From Eledone cirrhosa (lineage: Eukaryota): a stretch of 64,000 bases of DNA. Positions within the stretch are counted from its first letter, which is position 1. Each line of letters begins with the position of its first letter. Positions 26,257 through 39,762 of the stretch are shown in pieces. The stretch spans positions 3,844,001 through 3,908,000 of the forward strand of contig OZ024762.1 of NCBI GenBank assembly GCA_964016885.1. Direction: 5' to 3'. Position numbers and translations under genes: made by a program. Under the pieces are notes generated by a model. It did no database searches, was not told where the DNA came from, and saw only the letters and a list, made by a program, of their open reading frames with translations.

Positions 26257-27385
26257 ATGGTAATCCTGAGAGTAGGATGCTTAAATGTTCGTGGCCTGGG
26301 GTCACCCTGGAACCCCATGTTTCTAGATATGGATGTGATTGCTGTCAGCGAGACCAGGATTTATGACACGCGCGCACTAAGCCTCATTTGCGACAACTAT
26401 CAGATCTTCACATCTGTTAGTCGGCTGGGAATGAGGTAAGGTCGATCTTCCGGGACCCGGACGGTAAGTTGGTGGTCCTGGACATGAACAATAGCGAAGG
26501 TGGCACCTTTAGACTGGTGGCCGTCTACGTCCCTACGGGGCTGGACGACCGGCATTGGAAGCTTTTCTGGGAACGTCTCACTCTTTACTGTTAGCAGGGG
26601 ACTGGAACGGCATCTTAGACGCACGCTGGGAAAGTGAGGATAGTGTGGGAGTAGACGATAGGAGTGGAGCTGCAAAAGCCTCAAGTACATGATCAGCCAG
26701 TTCCAACTGTCTGACAGGTACTGACTAGATTTCCCTAATGCTCCAGTGTGGACCGTGGACCTTGACCAACCGCATAGGGTCATCTAGATTGTATATAGAT
26801 ATATTTCTTTATTTGTTTCTACATTTGGCACAAGGCCAGCAAATATATCAGTGTATTACTGGTACTTTATTTTATCGACCCCGTAAGGATGAAAGGCAAA
26901 GTTAACCTCGGCGGGATTTCAACTCAAACCGAAAAGGGACATAATTCTTTGCTGGAAAACATGGTGGCTGACACTCCCGATACTGCCAATCCTAGATTGT
27001 ATATAGATATATTTCTTTATTTGCCACAAGGGCTTTTTTTTTCTTCATTGGGCCAATAGATAGGAACAGTGTAGGCTGGCCACATTTTAAAATGGTTGAC
27101 CATACAGATCATAAGTTTGTGATTTTTATGGTCGACCTTGATAAGACACGTAGGTTAGGACCTGCTTACTGGAAGCTGAACATGTTGCTTCCGACACACA
27201 AGGCTTACAGGGACCGGGTCAACAATTTAGTTAAGCAGAAGTTGACAGGAGGGGTCGTCAATGACAGGTGGTGGTGGTGGGGCTCTTAAAAGAGAAATTA
27301 GAGTATTTTTGATAGGGTTTAACAAAGAAGTAGTGATAGAGAAAAACAGAAAGGAGGGGGAGCTGGAAGCTAAATTAGACAAGGT
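26257..27385 (+). pseudogene. L1/Tx1-like APE endonuclease fragment
   Basis: CLNVRGL, DVIAVSET, DPDGKLVVLD, TDHKFV, GPAYWKLN. Confidence 0.75.
26816..26991 (-). mobile_element. Family B SINE with a 32-bp flanking duplication
   Basis: ctagattgtatatagatatatttctttatttg at 26784-26815 and 26992-27023. Confidence 0.85.
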
Positions 27386-27645
27386 TATTTGTAGTTTAAC
27401 TATTTCTCTCCTTTCTATATTTTTTTCCTTTGGCTAAGATCTTATTCACTCTATATTTGTGTAATTTGTCCAAAAGCATGACTTGTCTCTACCTGTTTTG
27501 TTATATCCTGAACTGGAATGATTGGTATCAATCTTGAATAACTGAAACTGTAGTGATTTCCAGAGGTTGACTGAGAAGATAAGACTGGCCGTCTTTTCAT
27601 TGTTTTTTTTTCCATTATCATTGTACTGCACGCTCCCTATTTTGA

Positions 27646-27684
<39 letters not shown>

Positions 27685-28260
27685 CATAGGTTAATTATAA
27701 CGTTCGCGAAAATGAAAGTCAATTTTCTGACAAGTGAATGTGTTTGTTTTTTTTTTTACATTGAAAGTTACGATACAGTTTGTTTATTTACAACAGGTCT
27801 CTATAGTGATATGGTGTTAATTAGTATTGCGTGTGTGATTATTTTCTCTTATATATATATGTGTGGGTGTGTATATGTGTGTGTTTACACGCGTGCTTTC
27901 ATACTTGTATGTGTATATATTTCAATCCTTAGTCTCTGAGTCTGTATGTACGCTAACTCTATTATCTTACAATTTCTTTTTTCAACATATATTATATACG
28001 TATTTGTGGTCACACATACACTCATATGCTTGCCCTCATGTATGTACTTACGCACACATTTTTTCACTATACACATGCATTTGTACATACACACATATGT
28101 ACATTTGTAGGTGCATATACACACATTTATACACATACCCTTACTATATTTCCTTATTTTATTTTTATATATCTCTTGCATTACTTTTATTTATATATTT
28201 TTTTTGCCTGTTAAACTTTTGCCTTTCTTGAGGAGATTTTTCAAATATTTCACTGTTTTA

Positions 28261-28338
28261 AATTGCCTTGTCTGACGAACAAATGAGGACGTTTCTTGTA
28301 TTCGTCTTATTCGGGAAACCTCTGGTAATGAGGTAATT
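28261..28338 (+). ncRNA. Type I hammerhead ribozyme candidate
   Basis: aattgccttgt-CTGACGA(28272-78)-stem II-GAAAcc-tct-gGTA-atgaggtaatt; 11-bp stem I with G.U pairs. Confidence 0.75.
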
Positions 28339-28499
28339 ATATTGTATTGTTTATTATACATTATATATATATATATATACAATAAGACAAAAAACAACAG
28401 ACAAGAAGAAGAAGAACAACGCTATTGAGCTTGGGTGTCAGTGTTGACGATCTGAATGTATATGTCTAAATTATGAATGGCATGTAGAAAACCTTGACC

Positions 28500-29626
28500 C
28501 ATTTACGGCATCTCCACCAGTTGCTACAGTGATATAGTTTGAGTACCTACATACTCACCAGTTGCTATAGTGATAGACTTTGAGTGGCTGCACATCCCCA
28601 CCCTCTACTCCCACCCCCACCTGTTGCTTTAGTGATAAAGTTTGAGCAGCCTACCTCTGCCACCAGTTGCCATAGTGACACAGTTAGAGCAGCCTCCCCC
28701 CCTACCAACCCACACCAGTTGCTATAGTGATAAAGTTTGAGCTCCTATAACCCCCTCTCCCACCGGTTGCTATAGGGATAGTTTGAGCAGCCCCCCCTAC
28801 CCACCCATACCAGTTGCTACAGTGATAAAGTTTGAGCTCCTATAACCCCCTCTCCCACCGGTTGTTATAGTGATAGTTTCATTGGCGTTGTTCAGCCAGC
28901 TCCTCTTCATTCATGGCGGCATGTCTTCGCCTCTGAAGTTCGGCATTCCGATGGCGCTGTTCGGCCCATTTTTCTTCATTCCTAGCTGCACGCCGTCGCC
29001 GCTGTAGTTCACTGTTTGATAAAGTCGAATTGCTTTTATTATTAGTATTCATTTCGAGCAATTGTCAAAAGATGACACAATAATAAATATAAAGGATGTC
29101 CGTCAATGTAAAAAAAGGTCCCTATTTACTCACTTCACGACTCTGTGTATGTTAGACTGACAGACAGGCACACAGACAGATAAACTGCGTGGCGATTGTG
29201 GAACGCCGCATGTACACACACATACACGCACGTAAACTTACACACGCACCCGTGCACTTACACACTCACACATGTTGATAGTTTTTACTTTCTGTGGAAC
29301 GCTGCATGCACGCACACACACATAAACATACGCGCTCGTACATACACATGTTAATAGTTATTGCTTTCCTTCCCCTCTTATTTCCACACACATCACACAC
29401 ACACACACATGTCTCTACACTGACACATATACATAGTGTATCCAACACAGCGTTCACTTTGCCTCTCTGTTTCTTACTCTCCCTTCTCACTCCCTCATTG
29501 GCATTATGCATATTAATTTAAGTTTGGCGTCGTTGAGGTGGGCGGAGTCATTTGAAACCTATGAACCAATGATAATCGAGAATTATGACACACGGAATAC
29601 TGACATTGTTGAAATTAATATATAGA
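28500..29626 (-). mobile_element. Helitron-like 5' fragment with internal minisatellite
   Basis: Minus strand A|TCTATATATTAATTTC start at 29626; short ORF with repeated ELQRRR..AA.NEE motif (28879-29061); minisatellite at 28515-28880; no 3' CTAG found. Confidence 0.5.
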
Positions 29627-29631
29627 TTATT

Positions 29632-30455
29632 ATTTTCCTTGGTTATCTGTATATTCACTTATGTCCTACCAGGTCTCAACCAGGGTTGGTGATGGTTTGT
29701 TATGACATTTTTCAGCTCATTAGATATCTGATTGTTACAAAATATATAATAGATGAAGTGCACCCTTTTGTCCACAGGTACTACATGGTTTGCCCTCACA
29801 ACATTACATTGACAATGCTCTTTGCAAAATGTGAGTACCAGTAAGTTCGATTTTTAAAATTTCTTTTATACAAGATTTACCTGGCATGTGATCCAAGAGT
29901 CAGTTCCCTTATTTATCAGGCCCAATTACAACTGGAATTGTGGTGGCTTTTATACCTAACATTTTTTCAAACTTTATTTCAAGATTCTTGTACTTAGATA
30001 TTTTTTCAAATATCTTAAAAGACACATTGCAATCAGCAGGAACTGACATGTCTATCATGAAGCACATTTTGTTGTTTTTATCTTTTATTATAATATCAGG
30101 TCTGTTCGCTTTGATTGTCCTGTCAGTGTGTATTGTAAAGTCCCACAGTATTATTACATAACTAATTTAGGTTACCGTGTCTGGATGATATTGATACCAG
30201 TTTTTTGTTACATCTTTTCCATAGGACTTACATATTTTCCAGTGGATGTACTGCCCCACTTTGTCGTGTCTGTTTTTGTATTCATACGGTGCTAAGATGG
30301 TGCATGCAGATATTAGATGATCCACTGTTTCAGTATTTCTGTCACAGAACTTGCATTCTGGGTTATGTTTTCCCAATATGTTTGCCAGATTATTTTTTGT
30401 GGCAAGGCATTGATCTTATGCAGCCAGTATGAAACCTTCTGTTTTGGCTTTCAAA
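29632..30455 (-). pseudogene. R4/Dong-like LINE 3' fragment (CCHC plus RLE)
   Basis: CKFC...ETVDHLISAC...RHDKVGQYIHW; LWDFTIHTDRTIKANRPD. Confidence 0.8.
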
Positions 30456-32143
30456 AACAAATTAGATATTTTCTTTTGTGATATTACTCCACTCTTGGTA
30501 TATCTTTCATTCATACTTTCTACTGTTCAGTCCATTTAGCATTTCCATTGTGTTCTTTGGATTACTCCAGTTGTTTTCCCAGAATCTTTATACCCATTTC
30601 ATTGGTGGTGGTTCTTTTATTTCTATTTCACATTTTCCTATTTCTCTGTAGAACCTTTTCGCATCTGTTTCAAAGATCTTGTTTTGCCTATAATATTTTG
30701 TTCTTTTTCCATACCACCTTATCCTTTGTGACTTCACTTGTACTTTTTGCTGGAATGTTGTGTATGTCTGTTACTTTGTATTTTCGTTTTACATTTTTGG
30801 ATTTCAAGATGGTCTTTTGAACCTCAGTTGACATTTCACGAAATACAGAAATGTCACTTCTTGGTACTTCTACTTACTTCTCTATTTTTACTTTCCAAAG
30901 CAATCTCTTTATGCTTCTTACCAGTGTTTTTCTTCTTTATGTTTATCTTTAATTTTTCAGTTACAGCTAAACCTGTTGCATGTATAATGCATTATATGTA
31001 TCAATGAATTGTTTCTACTTTAGGCACAAGGCCAGCAATTACCCAGTACATTAAGTACCAGTAATGTACTGGGTAATTGCTGGACTTGTGCCTAAAGTAG
31101 AAACAATTATATGTATCAATTAATTTCATTTTAGATTTTGTGGGTTGAAGTTGTGGTAGATATTGTCTTCCCATGGGCACAGGCCAAAGCTGAGGCATAT
31201 TATGCACCCCCCCCCCACTCCCATGAGGACAAGCTGAAGTATTCATCAAGTGAAGCCTTCATCCCATATATATATATATATATATATTATATTATGATCA
31301 TCTTGCAAGGGTGGGACGCGCATTTGTTGTGCTCATAATTTTTGGCATTAATATATATACTGGTTGGATGCCCTCCTAACACCAGCACCACTTTACAGCA
31401 TGGACTGGGTGCTTTTATTCATGCCACCAGTACTAGAGAGGTTGTCTTACTGGATTTAGGGGCCCTATCCACCCCTCATATATATATTTATATATATATA
31501 TTATATATATATATATATATTATATGGTGGCTGCCAACTCATTTTCGAGTACGGCCACTACTTTATATCCATGTAGGAGAACCCCTACCGATGCGCTGAA
31601 CGAGTGTGACTTTTTAGTCCAGCCAGTGACTTGAAAACTCTGGTACAAACACTACACTTGTGACAATTATTGACACATAGTGCTGGGCTCATGGTACCAT
31701 GTGATGACAAGTGCAGAGAGATCTCCAGATACGAAGCAATGCCTGTGCCATGAAGCTTTTATAGTGAGCAAAGGCACTGCACAAAACCAGTCCCACTCTC
31801 TTAACCAAGATGATATTTACCAAAAAGAAGAACAAGTCAACATCATTGGATACCATCAGGGTTGCAGGTGTTATATCAGAGTTTTCCTTCTCCTAGAATT
31901 CTGCCTTGACAAAGGCTAAGGGGTCATCTCTCCCAGTGATTTTGGATGGCCATTGACTCTTAAGAGCTCCTTTGCCCTTTGACAGGTTTTGTTTTTAGCC
32001 CTGCAGGATGTCCAAAGTCACCCTCCTCACCAAGAAACCTTGGTGGGGTTGCCAGTTTAGTCGCCAACGACACGACCATGAGACAGGTTGTACTGGGATA
32101 CATGTTACCAGTAGCACCAACTGGTGACCTGACATATTATATA

Positions 32144-32176
<33 letters not shown>

Positions 32177-32179
32177 AAA

Positions 32180-32367
32180 CGAAGGAAATGTGGTAAGGAA
32201 CCAGATGGACCATAACGCACCAAAGTACTCAATACTTAGGGTAGTAGAGTGGGTAATAGGAACGAGTAGGACCCCGACGGCTGAGCTCAAGCTGTTTCGA
32301 CGGCTAATTCTGGACTGAATTAGCCATCGAAACAGCTTGAGCTCAGCCGTCGGGGGTCCTACTTGTT

Positions 32368-32372
<5 letters not shown>
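32180..32372 (-). mobile_element. (TA)n-embedded fold-back island, same family as 9722-9877
   Basis: About 55-bp arms (32256-32372) around 6-nt loop tggact. Confidence 0.65.
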
Positions 32373-32422
<50 letters not shown>

Positions 32423-32669
32423 CTTCAATGAGCTCAAAGGAAAGTTATTTGAGCACATGATGATGATCCACAAAGCTGAATTTGAACCCACTTATACGGT
32501 GAAACAATCTCCTAGTGAGTTTGTACATGTACGATTTAGTTATGAGGTTGGTTTTTCATTTTAATTTATCCTTTAATTATTATGTTTCTCCTACAACTCT
32601 CTTAGCTTATATTCTCTTCAAAATGGTGGTCTAAAATCCTGTAAATGAAAAAGCTCTCATGCATATTTC

Positions 32670-32700
<31 letters not shown>

Positions 32701-33879
32701 ATAAGCAATACAACAGTAAGCCACTGTTTAATATCTGATAGATAAGCAAATTTTTATGAATTTCAAAGATGGGAGATAATATACAAAAAGAGGGCAAACT
32801 ATGAAAAATGAAACCGTTCTGGATTTGTAAGAATTCAGCAACCCTAAAGTATTTTGTTGATGTCAGCAGTACTTTTAAATGGAATAATGGACGAGAAGAA
32901 AGAAAAGAGAGTACTGTTGTGAAAGACACTGAAGGAAAAAATGGAAGACGTTAGCAGATTTAGTCAGCTATGATAATCCAGATGTTAACTCTTAAAGCCC
33001 TGTACCACTTGAAACTACCATAGCAAGATATTCTTGGAAAGTGCAGAACAACGCTATGATTACATCACATGAAAAATTAAAATTTTTACTCTAATAATGC
33101 AAATTTTCATAATAATCTGTCCACTCATAAAAATATAAACATTTGAATTAACAAACCTCACAAAACCACGTTAGCAAATCATTCTTAAAATGTACAGAAC
33201 AACACCAGGACTACATCACATTAAAAATTAAAGATTTATTCTAATACTACAAATTTTCATTACTATCTCTTCACTAGTAAAGATACAATAAACATTTGAA
33301 TTAACCCTTTATCAGAGTGTTGGACTTATGATCATAATTGTTTCTACTTTAGGCACAAGGCCAGCAACAACCAGTGCATTACTGGTACTTTATTTTATCA
33401 AGCCCTAGTATTTAATTGGTATAGACACCAGTAGTAAATTGGTACTTTACTTTATAAATAAACCCCAGTATTTGAATGCTACTTTATTTTATGAAATACC
33501 AGTACATAACTAATACTTTATTTTACATACCCCAGCACTTAGCTGGAACGTCATCAACCCCACTACTTGAATATTACTCTATTTTTCTAATCTAATCTGG
33601 CCGAGTTTACACTTGCAAATAGGAACCAGGGCCGCTCCAAGGAGCATTGGATTTGGTGTACTTCATATTTGTTTCGATTGCTGAATACAATCAGGGGTCA
33701 CTGCTTCTCCTGGAGGTCAATAGTTCTCTTCTAACTCGAGCGGGAGTGCCTTTACATTGTCAATTTGTATTGATCATCTGCAAAGCCACATTGTTCTCAG
33801 AACCACTTCACCAGTCTTTCTATGTGTGCAGCTGGAACTACTGCCACCCATTGATTTGGCAGGATTGCAACTCATTTCT

Positions 33880-34014
33880 ACAGCTGAGTAAACTGGAGCA
33901 ATGTGAAATACAGTCTCTTGCTCAATGGACACAACACATCACCCAGTCCGAGAATCGAACTCACAACCTTTCGATTGCAATCCCAATGCTCTAACCACTA
34001 AGCTATGTGCCTTC
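33880..34014 (-). mobile_element. Family A SINE 5' part
   Basis: Reverse complement of the tRNA head plus CORE-like segment. Confidence 0.75.
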
Positions 34015-34059
34015 TATTTTTGTCAACCACAGTACTTCACTGGTACTCTTTTTTATTGA

Positions 34060-34325
34060 CTGCCTCCAGTACTTGGCTGGTTCTTTATTATATCAACCCC
34101 AGTAATTGACTGGTTCTTTATTATATCAACCCCAGTACTTGACTGGTACTTTATTATATCAACCCCAGTACTTGACTGGTTCTTTATTATATCAACCCCA
34201 GTACTTGACTGGTACTTTATTATATCAACCCCAGTACTTGACTGGTACTTTATTATATCAACCCCAGTACTTGACTGGTACTTTATTATATCAACCCCAG
34301 TACTTGACTGGTTCTTTATTTGATT
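34060..34325. repeat. 33 bp minisatellite derived from the family B SINE body
   Basis: Unit aaccccagtacttgactggtactttattatatc. Confidence 0.85.
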
Positions 34326-34789
34326 GACTAAGAAATATTTCAAGGCAACGTCGACATAAACAAACATAAACGCTGCATATCGTTTCCTTCAAATCTCTAG
34401 ACTATACATAAAAACCCACATGTCAGTAAGTTGGACATCTGTTGGACGTCTGTTGAATATCTGTTGGACGTCTGTTGCATATCTGTTGGATGGGTTGGAC
34501 ATCTGTTGGATGGGTTGGATATCTGTTGGATGGGTAGGACATCTGTTGCACATATGTTGGTTCCAATGTTGAGATTTACAATTGTTTGAACAATGGAACA
34601 GCCTGCTCATGAAATGAACATGTAAGTGGCTGAGCATTCCACAGATACATGTACCATTAATCTATTTCTCAGGGAGATTCAGTGCAACACACAGTGTGTG
34701 ACAAGGCTGGACCTTTGATTTACAGCTATAGCTTATCATGTATTATAGTATATCATGTATTATAGTGAGAATTCCACAGACATGTGTAC

Positions 34790-35180
34790 TCTAACCCTAT
34801 CCCTAATCCTCCCCTAACCCTAACCCTAACCTGTAACACTAACCCAAACCCAAACCCTAACCGTAATCGTAACAATAAACCTAACTCTATCCCTATCCCT
34901 AACCTTAACCATAACATTAAATCTAACCGTAACCCTAACCTTAATCCTATTCCTAACTCTAACTCTAACTGTAATTGTAACACTAAACCTAACCCAAACC
35001 CTTACCTTATCCCTAAGCCATAATACTAACTCAAATCTAAACCCTAAGCCTAACTGTAATCATAACATTAATCCTAACTCCAAATCTGACCCTATCCCTT
35101 ACCGTAACCCTACATCTAACACTAACTGTGACACTAAACCTAATCTGAACCCTATCCCTAATATTAACCCTAACTCTAAC
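34790..35180. repeat. Degenerate (CCCTAA)n telomere-like repeat
   Basis: Hexamer periodicity ccctaa/ccctat/ctctaa/ccaaac. Confidence 0.75.
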
Positions 35181-35550
35181 AAGCTGGACTGTTAAGTATA
35201 GGGCTGAGGTGCTAAAACTATATCTGACATAGTAGGGTGGCTGACAAGTCCTGTAGAAAGTCCAATTAAAATTAGGTTGTATAGCATAATGTCATACCCC
35301 AGTGACCCCTAGCTACAACAGCAAAGGAACCACCTACACAAGTGATAGAGGAAACTATTTCTGACATAGTAGGGTGCCCACAAGAAGACATAGCAAGTTA
35401 TACTATTCCATGTTAATTGTTATTTGGTCATAGCTGAAATAGTTGCATGCTTGACTGACCCATTAAATATTCATTACACATAAAAACTGTTTGTGTCTTT
35501 GTTTGTTTGTTTCTACTTGGCTTATATAGAACACTGACGTAGATAATGAA

Positions 35551-35900
35551 GAGGCATTGCTGAGTGGTTAGAGAATTGGATTCACAATCGTGAGGTTGTG
35601 ATTTCGATTCCCCGACCAGGTGATGCGTTATGTCCTTGTTGAGCAAGACACTTTATTTCACGTTGCTCCTTCTGCCTGGAGTTGCGACCGACAGATAGTA
35701 TTATCAACTGGAAAGACCAATGGAAACATTGTTTCCTCGGTCTGATTTGACAATCTCCACCCCATTTGTTAAGTGAATCAGGTCTGGGATCTTGTCGCTC
35801 AACTGTCGATAAATATTCATAGTGTGGACAACCCATCTGCCCCATGCAAGCAGGAAAAATAAGACATTAAACAATGATGATGATGGTGATGATGATGATA
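35551..35900 (+). mobile_element. CORE-like SINE (family A, variant body) with (GAT)n tail
   Basis: Near-identical to 2466-2738 in the opposite orientation. Confidence 0.85.
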
Positions 35901-35929
35901 TGTATCTGTGAGTGTGTGTGTGTGTTAAA

Positions 35930-36370
35930 AAGGTGCGAGTTAAACCTGATCATCAAACGACTCGGGTAAATATACCCCCAGTTCTGGAGCCAGCTAGTTT
36001 AGCCAGAAGTGATGGCCTTAACCCTTTGTCTCTGGGTAAGAGGTAGATGTCTCATCTGGGACTCTATTGCTCCCTCCCACATCATGGACGCAGTGATAAA
36101 TGTGGGGAGTCACTGTTTCTGTTGCCGAACGGAATATAATTCGGAAATACATGGATTTATCCAGGAATTATTTTTTCAGCCTGTGACATTCAAGACGTTT
36201 GGTGGAGTTGGGCTGCTGACATTGAAGTTGTTGTCGTCACTGCTGGCTCACCTTACTGAGGTGTCGGGTGGCATCCGTGGAGGGGGGGGGGGGGCTGTTT
36301 GTTTCAGCGCCCTAGCCTCGACAACCGTGGCAATGTTGCGAGCGTGTTGTCTTGCCTCAAAGTATTTAGT
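35930..36370 (+). pseudogene. CRE-like RLE fragment
   Basis: LTLCLWVRGRCLIWD, FQPVTFKTFGGVG. Confidence 0.6.
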
Positions 36371-38229
36371 CAACCCTTTTGATGTGAAGTGTGGCCTATT
36401 GTCACACTTGGTCGTCAATTGTCCACACTCCATTTTTTCCTTTCTTTTTTCGTTTTTATCCCTCTTTTTGCGTTTATATTTGTTATATTATATGTGTTTG
36501 TGTCTTCGTTCCAATATAAAATCTGACATTATCCTTGTATTACTCTGATCAGAGGAAAAGAAAGAAACAAAGAGAAAGAACAAGTATGGGCGAAAAGATA
36601 TATATATATGAGAGAGAGAAATAGAACAAAAAAACAATAGACGATAAAAAGATGGAAAAGAGAAGAGCGAGAAAGAAAGAAAGGAAGAAAGGTATTGGGA
36701 AAATAACAAACAACAAAAAAAAAAAAAAAAATAATAATGAAATAAACTAAAGGTAAAACTAATAAAATAAAATAAACTGTGTTATAAAAAAATATATATA
36801 TTTTTATATAATTATCAAAAATAAATAATAATAAAACTGTACAAGGTCCGCGCTAAATAGTTTGCGCAAAAAAAACAACATTTTTTGTATCTTTTTCTTT
36901 TTTCGTCTCTCCATTATTTATTTATTGTTGAGTTTTCTTCTGTTGAAGGAAGAAGTATTTATTGTTGTAGTTGTAGTATTTATTGTATTTATTATTGTAG
37001 TTATAATTTTTGTCATTATAGTTGTTATTGTTGTAGTTTTTGTAGTAGTAGTAGTTGTTGTTGTTGTTGTTGTTGTTATGTAGCTGCTGCTAAAATTAGT
37101 TTAGCTTCGATGTTCTTTCTGCTATTATTGCCTGCTACACGATACCAGACAAACGACCGAAGAGGCGAAGAAAAAACTGTTGTTACCAAGAAGAATATAT
37201 ACATAAATTTATAAAGGCAAAGATACCTATATATATATACACATATATATACACACATATATATAAATACATATTTATATAGCTATCTCTCCCTGCATAT
37301 ATATATATATATACACACACGCGCACATATATATATATATATAAATACAATATCTCTCTCTCTCTATATATATACACATATATATATATATATACATATA
37401 TATAATAATATATATCTATCTACCTATCTCTCTCTATATACACACATACATATAATATATAAGAGAGATAATCAAGCAAACAAGAACTATTTATTATGTT
37501 ATATAATAATAAAGAAAAGTAAACAATAACTCCAACTAAAGTTAACTTTAAAACGACGAAGTTATGTAATTTTCCATCAGGTCGATGATAGCCGACGAGG
37601 AAAATTAACAAACATAAATACTGCATATATATTAATATATATATCATATATAATATATATATATAAAGTATATATATATATATATATATATACTATATAT
37701 ATAGTGTATATATTATATATACGTATATATATATATATATATATATATACAGTGTATACATACATATACATATGTATACAGTATATACATAAACACATAC
37801 GCACACACATCTCTATACACATATATATAGTGTCACGATTTTGCGTTTGGTGGATAAATATACATCTTTTTGGAATTTACATTACACGCACACCTATAAC
37901 CAATATACAAACATATATATGCAGTATACGTATATAAATATGTGTCTATTTATGTGTTTATATACATATAGATGATATATATATATATATAATTAATAAT
38001 ATGTATTGCATATAACAAATTTAAATAAATTATCAAGTAAAATCCATATTTAGTCACAACGAAATAGACATAAAGAAGCAAGCAACGACCAGGAGCAGTC
38101 AGATAATCATATATACATATATATATAACAGAAGAGATAAGAGAAGACTAGAATAAAAGGAAAAACGAGACGAGACCCGACCAGAAGAAAGCAAGAAAGC
38201 CATATATAAATATATAAATATATATATAT

Positions 38230-38430
38230 ATGAAAGCATCGTTAGTGGACAATATGGTTGTTACATTTCCAGAAAATTCTTTGGTTGGAAATCCAGCTGA
38301 TGTGGAAGAGGAAGAAGTTTATGGAGATGTCGAAGAGAAGGGAGATGACAGCGACGATGACGATGATAGTCATAATACTACAACAACGATGTCAGTTTAT
38401 GATGAAGAGGATGAGACATACCAACGAACG
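38230..38430 (+). CDS. Putative first coding exon (acidic N-terminus) of the SLC16-like gene
   Basis: ATG at 38230, 67 non-repetitive codons, donor ACG|GTAGGA, phase 0, compatible with the exon at 52095. Confidence 0.6.
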
Positions 38431-39671
38431 GTAGGACATTATTATTATTATTATTATTACCATCATCATCATTATTACCATCATCATCATCATCGCATCA
38501 CATCACCTTAACTTTGCCTTTCATCCTTACGGGGTCGATAAAATAAAGTACCAGTAATGCACTGGGTAATTGCTGGCCTTGTGCCTAAAGTAGAAACAAT
38601 TATTATTATTACCATCATCATCATTATCATCATCGCATCACATCACCATAACTTTGCCTTTCATCCTTACGGGGTCGATAAAATAAAGTACCAGTAATGC
38701 ACTGGGGATGTCGATTTACCCCCCCCCCCCCCCCAAAAAAAAAATTGTGGGCCTTGTACCTAAAGTAGAAACAATTATTATTACATCACATTACCATAAC
38801 TTTGCCTTTCATCCTTACGGAGTCGATAAAATAAAGTACCTGTAATGTACTGGAGTAATTGCTGGCCTTGTGCCAAAAGAAGAAACATTATTATTCAGGT
38901 GGGGTGAGAAGTCGATTAAATCGACCCCAGTGTCACCGGTACTTTATTTTATCAACCCCCGCCGTAATGTGGGGGTGGGCTGGGGTGACAAAGGTAAATA
39001 ATAATAATATTGATGATGTCTAATTTAGGCACAAGGCCAGCAATTTTAGGACAGTGGGAAGGTCGATTAAATCGACTACAGTATATTACTGGTACTTAAT
39101 TTTATCGACCCCCGTATGGTTGAAAGACAAAGCTAACCTCGGCTGGAATCGATTAAATAAAGAACCAGTTAAGTTCTAGAGTTCATATAACCGATCATAG
39201 CCCCCAGCCCCACCAAAAAAAAAAAAAAGGAACAAACAATCGTTGTCTTGTGCTTAAATATATATATTTCAACTCTACTTCGGTATTGAGTACTCTTTTC
39301 TCTCGGCTGTCAACCACATACTGATATACATATTCAGACATACACACATATTTGACCCCCAAAATATATACGCACTTTGATTACCTGTACAGGCAATATT
39401 TATTGGAATGCAGTTGAAGTGTGTAGCTATATATTTTTGGGGACTCCCTATATATATATGTATATATATATATATATAGGGTGTCCGAAACTCGAGTCCG
39501 GGAACTAATATAGGGACCCGTTTACGTGTGTTGTATTGAAGCGAATAACTGTGTATACTCTGGAATGTGTTCTTCATTGTCTATTGAGTATGCTGAGATA
39601 CAAGCGGTCCTGGCATTGTTAAATATGTTGGGTCCGTCAACGTATTATTATATATATATAGGGTGCCCCCA

Positions 39672-39746
<75 letters not shown>

Positions 39747-39762
39747 TATATATATAAATATA

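Noticed and set aside
37567-37608. Hairpin taattttcc...ggaaaatta upstream of the SLC16-like exon
   Set aside because: Short imperfect IR with no ribozyme core or second copy
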